Below the pieces are notes generated by a model that had not been told where the DNA came from, did no database searches, and saw nothing but the letters and a program-made list of their open reading frames with translations. Shown piece after piece: positions 5,766 to 15,898 of a stretch of 64,000 nucleotides of DNA. Every line of letters starts with the position of its first letter. Within the stretch, counting starts at the first letter, position 1. This DNA comes from a virus (taxonomy: Duplodnaviria; Heunggongvirae; Uroviricota; Caudoviricetes). The position numbers were made by a program, and so were the translations under genes. Location of the stretch: IMG/VR virus record IMGVR_UViG_3300028887_000002, positions 84,278-148,277 of that record. One strand, written 5' to 3'.

Positions 5766-5884
5766 GTCTAATTCTGAATGATGTCAACTGCTTTACTTGC
5801 TTTCGCCTCGGTTTTTATGCTTCGGACACGGCGCGTTGACTGCGCTCTCACACCATTTGGATATTAGTCCAATCTGGCTTGCGA

Positions 5885-6565
5885 CTATTTCTTTTTTGCC
5901 TTGTTCTTGCCCTTATATACCATCTTGCATTCGTATACATTGTTGTCCGAGTCAAGGAACATGAACTTGTCGGCCAGTTGCATAACACCTAACTTTGGGG
6001 TATTGTTACCGCCGTGAGAAATATTTTCGTTAAGAAGTACCTTTGTAATTGCAGCAAGTTTTGCATCTACGGTTTCGTCTACAATCTGACGTATTTTATC
6101 ATAGTCTATTGTTCCCGTATCTTCATCAAGCGCAGGTAACATTGATTTTTTCGAATTTTCCTTCTGCTGGTCGTATTCCTCAAGTTGCTCGTTGATGCGT
6201 GATATGTTATCAATGCCTGAAATATTGGCAAGTCTATTGGTAAATTCATCCATCCTTGGGTCTGAAGGTGACATTTCACACGGATTCTTCAGTATGCTTT
6301 CCAATATCGCCTTCGGTACACCACACTTGTCAAGATTCTTTGGTTTTCGACCATTCTTGATTTCTTCAAGTTCCTTGTCGGCGCTCCAACTGTCGTCATC
6401 TTTCGGTACGTATTTGCCGAATACCATCTCGTTGAGTTCTTCCACACTACCCGTTACCATCTGTGGCGCATTTCTCTTTTGTGCTGCTGTTGCTTGAACC
6501 CCACCGCTTTTCTGTAGGTCTTTATATAATGCTAAGGTTTCTGCTAATGATTTGCTGTCTGCCAT
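5885..6565 (-). CDS. Hypothetical phage protein
   Basis: 226-aa ORF with upstream promoter. Confidence 0.8.
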   Translation of the reverse strand: MADSKSLAETLALYKDLQKSGGVQATAAQKRNAPQMVTGSVEELNEMVFGKYVPKDDDSWSADKELEEIKNGRKPKNLDKCGVPKAILESILKNPCEMSPSDPRMDEFTNRLANISGIDNISRINEQLEEYDQQKENSKKSMLPALDEDTGTIDYDKIRQIVDETVDAKLAAITKVLLNENISHGGNNTPKLGVMQLADKFMFLDSDNNVYECKMVYKGKNKAKKK

Positions 6566-6586
6566 AATTCTAGAATTTTTATATGT

Positions 6587-6615
6587 AATATAGAGGTTGA
6601 AAATTATAAAACCAA
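6587..6615 (-). promoter_or_regulatory. Sigma70-like phage promoter
   Basis: TTGGTT-N17-TATATT. Confidence 0.55.
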
Positions 6616-7587
6616 CTTCTTGTCAAGTTTTTCTATGCGTTCCATAAGTGAAAGGACTTTCTTGACGCTTTCGTCCATAGTCTCAGCGTTTTGGTCTACC
6701 CACTGGCCACTCATATACTCTTTTTTCTTTGCTCTCTTTTCACGAGCCAGTTGATTTTTCCTTTCCCTTTCACGTTCCTTCTTTTGTTTCTCAATGTCGT
6801 TAAGGATTTCCTCGGTATCATCGTGAACCATATTGCCAGTTTCTTCACGCTCTTTCCATCTGCGTTCCCTGTCCTTGAGATTACGGATGTCCATTTTCTC
6901 TCTGCGTTCCTTCTCCTGCCAAGCCTTTTCCATTTCAGCCTGCTTCTGTGCTTCGGCTTCTGCTTCTTGCGCTTCAACGTCTGCCCATATGTCTTTCTCT
7001 GGTTGGGTTGGTTTCGGTCCTGTCGTTGGTTCGTCCGATGGAGTTTCCTCCTTCTTAGTATCAAAAGCCTTTGAGGTTTTTAATATATCCATTGTAATTG
7101 GTGATTTCAAAAGTTCAAGGTTTGATTTGCCAACATCGAGGCTCTTTTCCGCCGAGGTCATCTTTGGATTTGTTGCATTGTCGACCTGCGGCACTTCTGC
7201 ATTTTTGAATGACACAATCTTGTGAACTGTAGCCATTGTCTTGTCACCGTTAGGGTTGAATTTTCCATACTTTGGGCTTGGTGGATGATTGAACGTCTGA
7301 CCAGTTTCCTTCCATGATGAAATCCTATCGGTTCTGAAGAACTTCCAGTGGGGAACGGTTGTGGTTGTGTCGCCGTAAGGTTCAAAAGCCCTTATGACAT
7401 CGTGACCATTCTTGTCCTGTCCATAAGCATATACCTCTATCACTCTTGCGCCAGTATGTTTGTCCTCACCTTTCGAGTGGTAGTTAATGATAACCCTGTG
7501 GCGATTGTCAATGGCACTTCCGATTTCAGTCGGACTTACTGTTGATTCTTCCAAGAGTTCTCTGAATATGTGTTCAAGCAATGTCAT
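6604..7587 (-). CDS. WYL-domain protein with charged C-tail
   Basis: VIINY...GARVIEVYAYG...IRAF...WKFFRTDRISSW. Confidence 0.75.
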   Translation of the reverse strand: MTLLEHIFRELLEESTVSPTEIGSAIDNRHRVIINYHSKGEDKHTGARVIEVYAYGQDKNGHDVIRAFEPYGDTTTTVPHWKFFRTDRISSWKETGQTFNHPPSPKYGKFNPNGDKTMATVHKIVSFKNAEVPQVDNATNPKMTSAEKSLDVGKSNLELLKSPITMDILKTSKAFDTKKEETPSDEPTTGPKPTQPEKDIWADVEAQEAEAEAQKQAEMEKAWQEKERREKMDIRNLKDRERRWKEREETGNMVHDDTEEILNDIEKQKKERERERKNQLAREKRAKKKEYMSGQWVDQNAETMDESVKKVLSLMERIEKLDKKLVL

Positions 7588-7593
7588 TTCTTC

Positions 7594-7959
7594 CTAAAGT
7601 GTAAATTGTCCCTCATAAAGTTCATCATTATATTCAGGATACGGGAAATCTACATTGTATAGACTCCTAATCATAGACTGCCTCCTTGCATAGTTGTCAG
7701 TGTTGGGGGTATCTATGTTACCATTACCAGCGTTTGAATCGATATCAGTATCGAAATTGGAATAGTATAACCCCCTCGGTTGTCTTGGGTCTGGTAGATA
7801 GAACCCGTGTCCTGGATGTCCTGTACCCTTACCTTGCCAGTCTCCGTCAGCAAGCGCATCGGGGTGGGTCGAACTATACTGGTTCGTCCTTTGGTAGTCA
7901 CTACGGACTTCCATCTCGTGACGTGCGTCCATTGACCGTATTTCAAGGCAGGTCTGCAT
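7594..7959 (-). CDS. Hypothetical protein, paralog A
   Basis: N-terminal ~50 aa nearly identical to 7977..8426. Confidence 0.85.
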   Translation of the reverse strand: MQTCLEIRSMDARHEMEVRSDYQRTNQYSSTHPDALADGDWQGKGTGHPGHGFYLPDPRQPRGLYYSNFDTDIDSNAGNGNIDTPNTDNYARRQSMIRSLYNVDFPYPEYNDELYEGQFTL

Positions 7960-7976
7960 AACTCACTAAATATGAT

Positions 7977-8426
7977 TTAGGTTCTTGCTACTGCTGAATA
8001 ACCACCAACATTACCTCTTTCGGTTCTTGCCCTCATTGATGCTATTGATTCAACATACTGTCCCTCGTTAACATTTGCTGAGGTGTCAATTATATTTTCG
8101 GTGTAAGGATTTACACTGCTGTAGAGGCTTCTTGTCATCATCTGCAACCTTGCCCAGTTGTCAGTATTCGGTGTGCGTTCGTCACCGTTACCAGCATGGC
8201 TTTCGTATGCAGTATCGAAGTTCGAATAATTGAACAGTCCTGTAGGCAAAGTGCAGTCAGGCAACCAGTGCGAATGACCTGGATGTCCCGTACCTTTACC
8301 CTGCCAGTCACCGTTTGCAAGAGCATCAGGGTGGTTGGCGTTATATTGGTTGGTTCTCTGATAGTCACTGCGGATTTCCATCTCGTGACGGGCGTCCATT
8401 GACCTTATTTCCAAACAAGTGCGCAT
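7977..8426 (-). CDS. Hypothetical protein, paralog B
   Basis: HPDALANGDWQGKGTGHPGH shared with paralog A. Confidence 0.85.
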   Translation of the reverse strand: MRTCLEIRSMDARHEMEIRSDYQRTNQYNANHPDALANGDWQGKGTGHPGHSHWLPDCTLPTGLFNYSNFDTAYESHAGNGDERTPNTDNWARLQMMTRSLYSSVNPYTENIIDTSANVNEGQYVESIASMRARTERGNVGGYSAVART

Positions 8427-8483
8427 ATTGTTAAAATTTTTTGTTCTTTATTTTACCTAATAAATAGTTCGGTTTATTGTTTT

Positions 8484-9890
8484 TTATCTGATTTTGTACC
8501 AAAAGTTCTCATACAAATTCACATCCCTCATAATTGAGAGTTTGGATTTTTTGAACCTAACGATAATCTTTCCGATTTTCTTGTATGCTATTTTCAAAGT
8601 TCTCTTCAATCTATTAATGAGATATTTCTTTGAAAAATTGTATTTTATTGCATATGGCTCGGCATATTTATCACCGTCAGAAGATGATAATATTTTCAAT
8701 GCCTCTTCCGTATGTGAAATCATTTGATATAAGGCTGATTCTTTTACTATCTTGTCCACCTCGTTGGGTTGTGGGTCGGATTCTTTAAGTTGTCCATATA
8801 ATCCATTGAGGTAACCATCTAGTTCATAGTCAAATGAAAGATATAACCCTGTTGCCACAGTTCGTTCTTCTAATGTTTCACCATTATACATTATACCTTC
8901 AACAAAGCGATAGAAATCATCATCTTTTCGGTCTTGAAAGTTCAACTTTGTCTTTTCCTGCTGATACAGGTATTCAACCTCGTGGAAGATAGAATCATAC
9001 AAATCATTTGAAACCAAATGTCCCGAAAGGTAGCATAATGCAATATTTATAAACCTCATTCCTTTATATGAAATACTGTTTGCTGGCTTATGGGGTTTTT
9101 CTTTCTCATATTCCTCCCTACTATTGAAATAATAGTTAAAGCAACTAACTAAAATATCACCGACTTTAAATGAGAAATTCTCTTCATCTTTATCAAATCC
9201 ATGCTTCTTGATGTTTGAAAATATTTCAAAACTAATATCCTCTACATCCTTGCTTATGGATAATTCTTCATTGATTATTGAATTTATGTTTTTTTTTATT
9301 ACTTCTTCATTTAACATATTTCTTTTCAATTTTTCAGTTTGTTCTTCTGTTATATAAAAAGTCCTTCCTTCATTTACTGAACTCTTCACCTTGTTGGGTT
9401 TTGTGATTTTGAAACCAGACTCAGCAACATTCAACAGATTCTTGTTAATATCACTCATCTTAATCTTGGTTTCCTTTGGCGGTTTTACAATTCTATCCTT
9501 TGTATGTTCTTTTCTAAAAGAATTATTTAAACCACCCATGGCCTTTGCTTGCTTGAAACCTTTTACTGTTTCAATTGCGGTATTCAAGGTATTTCTCACC
9601 CAGTTTTCCATAGGTTCGCCACCGTTAAGAATATAGTTTACAGAATCCCTGCTACCATTGTAGTTATCAAAGAAGTTCTTTATACGTTTCATTTCATTGT
9701 AGAGGATACCACCTTCGTTGTCATTCATATTGATTATGTTGACAAGACGCTTATAACCTTCCACGGACTTGTCGCCCTTGTACTTGTCGAGGGTTTCTTT
9801 CAAATGTGCATATATGTTCTTTCCCAGTGGAAATCTTCTTCCTTTGAGTTCGCTGTTGCCGTCACCCGATTCAAACAATAAGTGTAACAT
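8484..9890 (-). CDS. Two-domain hypothetical protein; C-terminal degenerate HExxH domain
   Basis: FHEVEYLYQ; C-terminus similar to 17456..17989. Confidence 0.75.
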   Translation of the reverse strand: MLHLLFESGDGNSELKGRRFPLGKNIYAHLKETLDKYKGDKSVEGYKRLVNIINMNDNEGGILYNEMKRIKNFFDNYNGSRDSVNYILNGGEPMENWVRNTLNTAIETVKGFKQAKAMGGLNNSFRKEHTKDRIVKPPKETKIKMSDINKNLLNVAESGFKITKPNKVKSSVNEGRTFYITEEQTEKLKRNMLNEEVIKKNINSIINEELSISKDVEDISFEIFSNIKKHGFDKDEENFSFKVGDILVSCFNYYFNSREEYEKEKPHKPANSISYKGMRFINIALCYLSGHLVSNDLYDSIFHEVEYLYQQEKTKLNFQDRKDDDFYRFVEGIMYNGETLEERTVATGLYLSFDYELDGYLNGLYGQLKESDPQPNEVDKIVKESALYQMISHTEEALKILSSSDGDKYAEPYAIKYNFSKKYLINRLKRTLKIAYKKIGKIIVRFKKSKLSIMRDVNLYENFWYKIR

Positions 9891-9899
9891 GAGTGTAAA

Positions 9900-10238
9900 T
9901 TAGTTTTTAGGGTTGATATTTCTACTATTTTCAATATCCTTATTAAGTTCGTCATAGTTGCTGAATGAAACATCATCATATATATCAACACAATCATCGG
10001 CAGAGGTTGGTCTTGAAGCATAACTGAATGAAGCATATCTTCCCCACATCTGCGGGCAAATCATATTTGCATACTGGTCGGTTGTGGACGGGTTTCCATT
10101 CTCACCTGGTTCAATATATCCATCTGGTTTTATAAACCTCTGTCCTCCATATTCGGGCGTATCGCTTGGATTCTCCGTGTTATATATAATACCGTTCAGT
10201 TGGTCTTCCGTTATTCTGAATATTCTTTTTGGCTTCAT
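9900..10238 (-). CDS. Hypothetical protein
   Basis: 112-aa ORF, FRITEDQL motif. Confidence 0.75.
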   Translation of the reverse strand: MKPKRIFRITEDQLNGIIYNTENPSDTPEYGGQRFIKPDGYIEPGENGNPSTTDQYANMICPQMWGRYASFSYASRPTSADDCVDIYDDVSFSNYDELNKDIENSRNINPKN

Positions 10239-10293
10239 AATTTTTTCAATTATACTATTTATATTTATAAATATAGCATAGATTTGATTTTAG

Positions 10294-12468
10294 ATGTCAA
10301 ACATTCTTAACCATAACCGACTTGACTTTGATTTTGCCCTTAACAAGAGTGAATACTGGGACTTTCATCTCGCAAAGACCCGTCAGTTCCTTCCGTATAT
10401 GTTCGAACTGACCGACAAGTGTCTCTTATCATACATTGATACCAACGACAAGGCTTGCTTGGTGGATGTATCTCTTTTTTCAAAGGACAAGTTTGTTTGG
10501 AATGACGCAAGGAATAATGGCTTGACTTTGGAGAATATCGGTTATACAGGTATTGATAACGGACTTATAACATATAATAAGAATGAAATATCGAACCGTC
10601 AGTTCCTTGAAATATTCGAGAACTCCACGTATTCGATTCCGCAAGACGACTACAGATTCAAGGTAAATCCAGTGGATGGTAATAACCTTATATACGATTA
10701 TGATAGTGAAATTGGTACTTTGAACGGTATTGAGGTTGCAAAACTTAATGGCGGTTTCTATCAAGGGTTCTTCAGGACTGATGATGGTTGTGACTACAGG
10801 GTTTTGCCGTCAAGTCTTGAAAATGGTATAACACTGGAGTTCGTATTGTGCCGTAACGACTTTGAGGTTGATTATGATGAGTGCCGTTATACCTTGAACG
10901 ACAAGTATCAGGGTAACAAGGGTATCTTCTTCTATATGGGAACCCGTGCGGAGAACAAGTGGTGGAAATACTATGATACCGATGAGAAGTTTGAAAAATC
11001 TGGCAACCATTACTTTATTGATGGATATAAGGTTGACGGGTATGAACTTGATGAAAGCACTGAAACGGATGCACAATACTTTGCATTAAGAGACAGGACT
11101 TCCTACTTTGCTGACAATTATGCTGTGGGTGATTATATTACAAGGGAATTTGACGAAAGCGAATATGACTATACCTATATAATTAATGAAGGATATTACC
11201 TTGAGGACATCACCTTTGGTAACGGCAAACCTTTCTGGACTAAGGACGGACATTTGCTTTCACAGCCAAACATTATTGAATATAAGACCGACAACAAGTA
11301 CCTTATGTTTGATAGGACTAAGGAAGGTACTACTGCAAGCACTTGGGAGGAAGGAACTATAGCGATTATCACTGATATTAAGGTTGACTTGAAGGAAAAT
11401 GGGTTCTTGCTATTCAACAGGACTAAGAAAGGTTATACAGCAAAGTCTGTCGGTGAGTTGTACGAGAAGGAATCTAAGCATTACAATGTTGTCAATGATA
11501 TTATCAACAACGCTTTCGGTTTGCAGATAACTGATGATGGCCGAATTGGTTATAAATATATTGTCAGGGATTGTGAGGCTGAACTCAAATACAAGGTTGA
11601 GAGTGAATATTCCTTTGAAAATGTTGTTCCCTACGGAAGATGGTGTGTTATAGATTTAAGAATATTGCCTAATTCAATCCCTGGGATTGCTGGTTACCAC
11701 GCATATAGGAAGGAAGGGCATAAAATGAGACTGATGTTATATGTAAACGGCAGACTTGTAATGGTTTCCCGTGAACTCCCGATGTTAGACCTTCGTATAC
11801 TCAACGATATGTATGACAAGCAGGAGGCAGTTCCCTTCAATATCTCATTGGGTGGTGGTACACAGGGGTTATGTGATGTGGTATATGCAAATTTCAGGCA
11901 GTTACCTGAATATGCATTGCCACTTGAAGAAGCATTTGGCGGTAGTTTCATAGGTTATTTCAAATCCTTCAAGTTCTACAACTGTCTCCTTAACTACAAT
12001 GAGATAAATGAGAACTACGAATACGAGATGAACCTTCTCCGTGGTTATGTTCCTGGATTTGACATTGACAATATTCCGATTTCGGTTGACGAGGCTAAGG
12101 AAACCCGTGAGTGTGGTAATGTAATCAAGAAGATTGCTGTTGATGCGGGCGGCTATATACTGGATACACAAAATCTTGTATATTCAAGCGATAACGATGG
12201 CAAGGTTCTTGGCGTTGAGAACGGTGAACTTGCATGGGTAAGCAAGGGTGTAGGGAAATATAGCGGATATATTCCAGCACACATATTAATTAAGACTATT
12301 CATGCGACAACCCATAATATGGGGCGTGACATCAATGTGCAGGTATTTGAAACTGTCAATCATCAGAGACGCATGGTTCTTGCTGATACTTCGGTTAATG
12401 AGAACGGTGATGTCACAATAAGCGTGAATGTCAATCCGAACGGACTTTATTATAATATAATAGGTTGA
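10294..12468 (+). CDS. Putative virion structural protein (possible LamG/ConA-like beta-sandwich)
   Basis: 724 aa; LMLYVNGRLV...ISLGGG...FIGYFKSFKFYN pattern; first gene of the fibre block. Confidence 0.55.
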   Translation: MSNILNHNRLDFDFALNKSEYWDFHLAKTRQFLPYMFELTDKCLLSYIDTNDKACLVDVSLFSKDKFVWNDARNNGLTLENIGYTGIDNGLITYNKNEISNRQFLEIFENSTYSIPQDDYRFKVNPVDGNNLIYDYDSEIGTLNGIEVAKLNGGFYQGFFRTDDGCDYRVLPSSLENGITLEFVLCRNDFEVDYDECRYTLNDKYQGNKGIFFYMGTRAENKWWKYYDTDEKFEKSGNHYFIDGYKVDGYELDESTETDAQYFALRDRTSYFADNYAVGDYITREFDESEYDYTYIINEGYYLEDITFGNGKPFWTKDGHLLSQPNIIEYKTDNKYLMFDRTKEGTTASTWEEGTIAIITDIKVDLKENGFLLFNRTKKGYTAKSVGELYEKESKHYNVVNDIINNAFGLQITDDGRIGYKYIVRDCEAELKYKVESEYSFENVVPYGRWCVIDLRILPNSIPGIAGYHAYRKEGHKMRLMLYVNGRLVMVSRELPMLDLRILNDMYDKQEAVPFNISLGGGTQGLCDVVYANFRQLPEYALPLEEAFGGSFIGYFKSFKFYNCLLNYNEINENYEYEMNLLRGYVPGFDIDNIPISVDEAKETRECGNVIKKIAVDAGGYILDTQNLVYSSDNDGKVLGVENGELAWVSKGVGKYSGYIPAHILIKTIHATTHNMGRDINVQVFETVNHQRRMVLADTSVNENGDVTISVNVNPNGLYYNIIG

Positions 12469-12475
12469 TTGTAAA

Positions 12476-13189
12476 ATGGTGAAAGTTCTAAGCAATACTA
12501 ACATAGTCGGACAGAGCACAAGTCTTGTGTTCAAGACCTTCAAGGGCGATATAATTGGTCACTACACGATAAAGGACGATTCTATTGAAACCTTATACGA
12601 TGGCATGACCCTTAGGGTAATGCTGACCAAACAACTTGACGATACTAACAATTATCTTTCAGTAATTGGTGCCAATGGTATAAAGATTGGTAACGAGACA
12701 TTGATATATAAGTCCGAAAATGAAAAACTGACAAGCAAGCACTTGAAGAAAAACTCCGTTATTGATTTGACATATCTCGTTATTGACGGAAGGACTGGTT
12801 GGTTTATGGACGCAAACATACTTACAACCCCCGAAATATCAATAGAACCTGCCAGCATAACAATCAATTCAAGGGTGACAAACCAGGGAACTATCAGGGC
12901 TATTACAAACACAACCGAACCGAACTACACACCTACTGGTACGGTGACGATACAATTGTCCGCGCCAGTCAGTGGTGAGCAGGGTGATGTTGTTACTGAA
13001 GCATCAGCAGTTCCTTTTGTTGACAATAATGCAAGTCCAGAGAATTTAATTTTCAAAAAAGCGGAAAAGAAACGCATTGCCGCGATATTTAAAGGTAAGG
13101 GTGTTAAGTTTGTGCATGAAGGTACTGCGGTTACAACGACAGCCGAACCTCATACACATAGGGTTAATATGATAATTGACAATAATTAA
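12476..13189 (+). CDS. Putative fibre-associated protein
   Basis: YTPTGTV and HTH motifs; context. Confidence 0.55.
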   Translation: MVKVLSNTNIVGQSTSLVFKTFKGDIIGHYTIKDDSIETLYDGMTLRVMLTKQLDDTNNYLSVIGANGIKIGNETLIYKSENEKLTSKHLKKNSVIDLTYLVIDGRTGWFMDANILTTPEISIEPASITINSRVTNQGTIRAITNTTEPNYTPTGTVTIQLSAPVSGEQGDVVTEASAVPFVDNNASPENLIFKKAEKKRIAAIFKGKGVKFVHEGTAVTTTAEPHTHRVNMIIDNN

Positions 13190-13206
13190 TAGAAAAATAA
13201 TATATT

Positions 13207-14349
13207 ATGCCAACATATGATTTGATAAGTAAAGTTACGATACCCAACAGCGGTGGTACTAATGTAACCTACGAAATAAAGGACGAATGGGCACGAAATG
13301 CTATAAGCGCACTTGGCGACGTGATGGAATTTATCGGTGTTCCCACTACCCCTATCAGTGACGGTTCAACCACAAACCCAATAGTTATTGACGGTGTAAG
13401 CGTTACGGCTAAGAAGGGTGATGTTGTTCTTCAGAATAACAAGGAGTTTGTCTGGGATGGAACTGCTTGGCGTGAGTTCGGTGATATTGGTACTATTTCA
13501 GCCACAGACTATACCAATGTTACAGTATATTCATCAAACACTTCGTGGGATGTTGGTAGTGGTAGCGGTGAGGTTGATATTACAGCCACTGGTGCCAATG
13601 TTCTTCCTGCCAATGCTACATTTACTACGACAGTTACACCAACCTTGAAGAAATTGTCAACGGCAACGATTACAGGCGTTACGGGCAGTACAACTACGCA
13701 TGATACCCCAACCCTTAATACAACAAGTTATGCAGTTCAATCCATTGATAACTTTGGAACTGATGCAACGGTTGGTAGTGCTTCTGGGTGGAGTGCAGGT
13801 TCTTTCCCAACATTGGCTACAAGCGGAAGTGATAACAGTTCAAATGTTGCAACGGCAACTTGGAATGGTGGCCTTAGCGGTGCTTTGGATACAAACGATT
13901 CTGAAAATCTTATAATATCATATAGCAACGGTAATAATATTTCGGGTACTGTTTCAAGTGCAACACACACAACCTATTCGTTGAGTGGCGGTTCGTTGCC
14001 TTCGTTAACTGTTACAAACACAACGGTTGCTACAAAGGGCAACACTTCAACGAGGGTAATAGGTGCTCCATCAACTGGCGATACAGTTGCGTTGGGTACA
14101 AGCCTGACTGCTGGTTCTTCCGTTACGGTTCCCGTTGCCGATGTAAGTGCTACAACTGTTGCTACGGGTATAAGTAATGATGCTCCTGGTTCGGGTGAGA
14201 CTGGCGTGGCAACTGGTATTACAAGCGCATCTACTACGGCTTCTGGAACAGTTGCTGTTATGACAGATATTAGCCATATCACATTACCACAGATTACATC
14301 AGCTGAAAGCGGTAGCGGACATATGCACACAATTGGTCAGAGCAGTTAA
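13207..14349 (+). CDS. Ser/Thr/Gly-rich fibre protein
   Basis: TYEIKDEWAR, EFVWDGTAWREFG, low complexity. Confidence 0.65.
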   Translation: MPTYDLISKVTIPNSGGTNVTYEIKDEWARNAISALGDVMEFIGVPTTPISDGSTTNPIVIDGVSVTAKKGDVVLQNNKEFVWDGTAWREFGDIGTISATDYTNVTVYSSNTSWDVGSGSGEVDITATGANVLPANATFTTTVTPTLKKLSTATITGVTGSTTTHDTPTLNTTSYAVQSIDNFGTDATVGSASGWSAGSFPTLATSGSDNSSNVATATWNGGLSGALDTNDSENLIISYSNGNNISGTVSSATHTTYSLSGGSLPSLTVTNTTVATKGNTSTRVIGAPSTGDTVALGTSLTAGSSVTVPVADVSATTVATGISNDAPGSGETGVATGITSASTTASGTVAVMTDISHITLPQITSAESGSGHMHTIGQSS

Positions 14350-14375
14350 TATCATTAACACAATTTTTATTGAAT

Positions 14376-14606
14376 ATGGCAGATATTAATAAAATAACAA
14401 TACCAGACAGCAACGGTACGCCACAGACGTATGACCTGAAGGATTCACGCATTGAGTTCAATGGCGCTTCGGGGGAGTTCTTGGCGAGTGACGGCACATG
14501 GCAGACACCCCCTGGTGGTGGAAGCACCTATACCGCAGGTGATGGAATTAATATAGATGCTAACAATGAAATTTCAACTAACAATATAATTTGGAGGACT
14601 TGGTAA
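14376..14606 (+). CDS. Small fibre-related protein
   Basis: TYDLKD, FLASDGTW, YTAGDGINI motifs. Confidence 0.7.
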   Translation: MADINKITIPDSNGTPQTYDLKDSRIEFNGASGEFLASDGTWQTPPGGGSTYTAGDGINIDANNEISTNNIIWRTW

Positions 14607-15430
14607 TGGGACTATATGTTGGAAATACAAGAGTTTCGCCAGTAATTATGGCAACACCTATTTATAGAGGAAGTTATAATATAGTAACTGATTTGGGGTT
14701 GACTACTGACTCTTCACAATCAGATATTATCACAGCATTAGAGAGTGAAATATCCACACCGCAATATGCAAATTATTGTTTCGTTGATATACCTTATGCC
14801 AACTATTCTGAAGTAAGCGGTTATGATGAGTTTACCACTACTGATGATTATGTAGGCTATTATGTGTTGGTTAGTGATGTCTATACATTGGTAACTGCTG
14901 ACAATAAAGATTCATTGAATATCACAGCTGGTACTACCGTTGCATATTCAGTATCATATACAAGTTATTTTGAGAAGATACAGAGATATAGATACAACGG
15001 CAATAGTTGGGAATATGAATATGATGTAGATTTTAGTGGTTATGCCACTGTCAATGCCGACAATTTCACTGATGCTGGAACAACATTTTTAAGTGGACTT
15101 GGAATGCCTGATTGGACACATTATGATATTGTATCAGTTTTAGCTTCTGGTTCAAAATATACAGCACCTGCAAATGGCTGGTTCTTTGCATTTGGAAGAA
15201 CATCCGCATTATCTGGGGCAAATATTAATATGTTTTATAGTGATAATTCCGTTTTTAACGCAAGAACTATTTCTTGGACTTATACAATTTCTTTTGTAGG
15301 GGTATATTTACCAGTTAAGACTGGTGATGAAATTCAAATAAACTATAGTGCATCTATTACATTTACAACATCGGGAGATGGAATTGTTTTCATTTATGCC
15401 GAAGGCAATCCAACACCGCCGCAACCATAA
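14606..15430 (+). CDS. Tail fibre / receptor-binding protein
   Basis: TAATG coupling to previous gene; C-terminal YTAPANGW...PVKTGD. Confidence 0.65.
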   Translation: MGLYVGNTRVSPVIMATPIYRGSYNIVTDLGLTTDSSQSDIITALESEISTPQYANYCFVDIPYANYSEVSGYDEFTTTDDYVGYYVLVSDVYTLVTADNKDSLNITAGTTVAYSVSYTSYFEKIQRYRYNGNSWEYEYDVDFSGYATVNADNFTDAGTTFLSGLGMPDWTHYDIVSVLASGSKYTAPANGWFFAFGRTSALSGANINMFYSDNSVFNARTISWTYTISFVGVYLPVKTGDEIQINYSASITFTTSGDGIVFIYAEGNPTPPQP

Positions 15431-15472
15431 CTAATGTTCCATAATAACTAATTAAATAAATTTGATACGATT

Positions 15473-15862
15473 ATGTTAAAGATATACCAAAACGGCTTAT
15501 TGAAGATAGTTAAAGATGAATGGACAGAAACCGATGCCAAGTTCATCAAGAATGTTGAGATAGTGGAAGACAGCGAGCATACTATTGATGATTTCATTGT
15601 ATGTGGTACTGAATATCTTTTAAAGACTGATGAACGTGCGATAGAATTTTATAAGAACTACACACGACAGATAAGGAACAGTTATCTTGAACAGTATGTT
15701 GATTCGGTTGTATCAAACCCATTGAGGTGGGCTGATATGACGGATGAACAGAAACAGCCATATATTGACTACAGAAGATACTTGTTGGACTTTACAGAAC
15801 AAGATGGCTGGTGGTATATGATGCCAGTTACGCTGGAGGAGTGGAAAAATACTATTGAATAG
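15473..15862 (+). CDS. Tail fibre assembly chaperone-like protein
   Basis: RQIRNSYL...YRRYLLDFT; follows a fibre gene. Confidence 0.6.
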   Translation: MLKIYQNGLLKIVKDEWTETDAKFIKNVEIVEDSEHTIDDFIVCGTEYLLKTDERAIEFYKNYTRQIRNSYLEQYVDSVVSNPLRWADMTDEQKQPYIDYRRYLLDFTEQDGWWYMMPVTLEEWKNTIE

Positions 15863-15898
15863 ACTATATTTATAACGCAAACTAAATTTTTGAATATT

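Noticed and set aside
5790-5835. Twister ribozyme
   Set aside because: GTCCGAAGC resembles the L4 loop, but P2 and the cleavage-site arrangement could not be built
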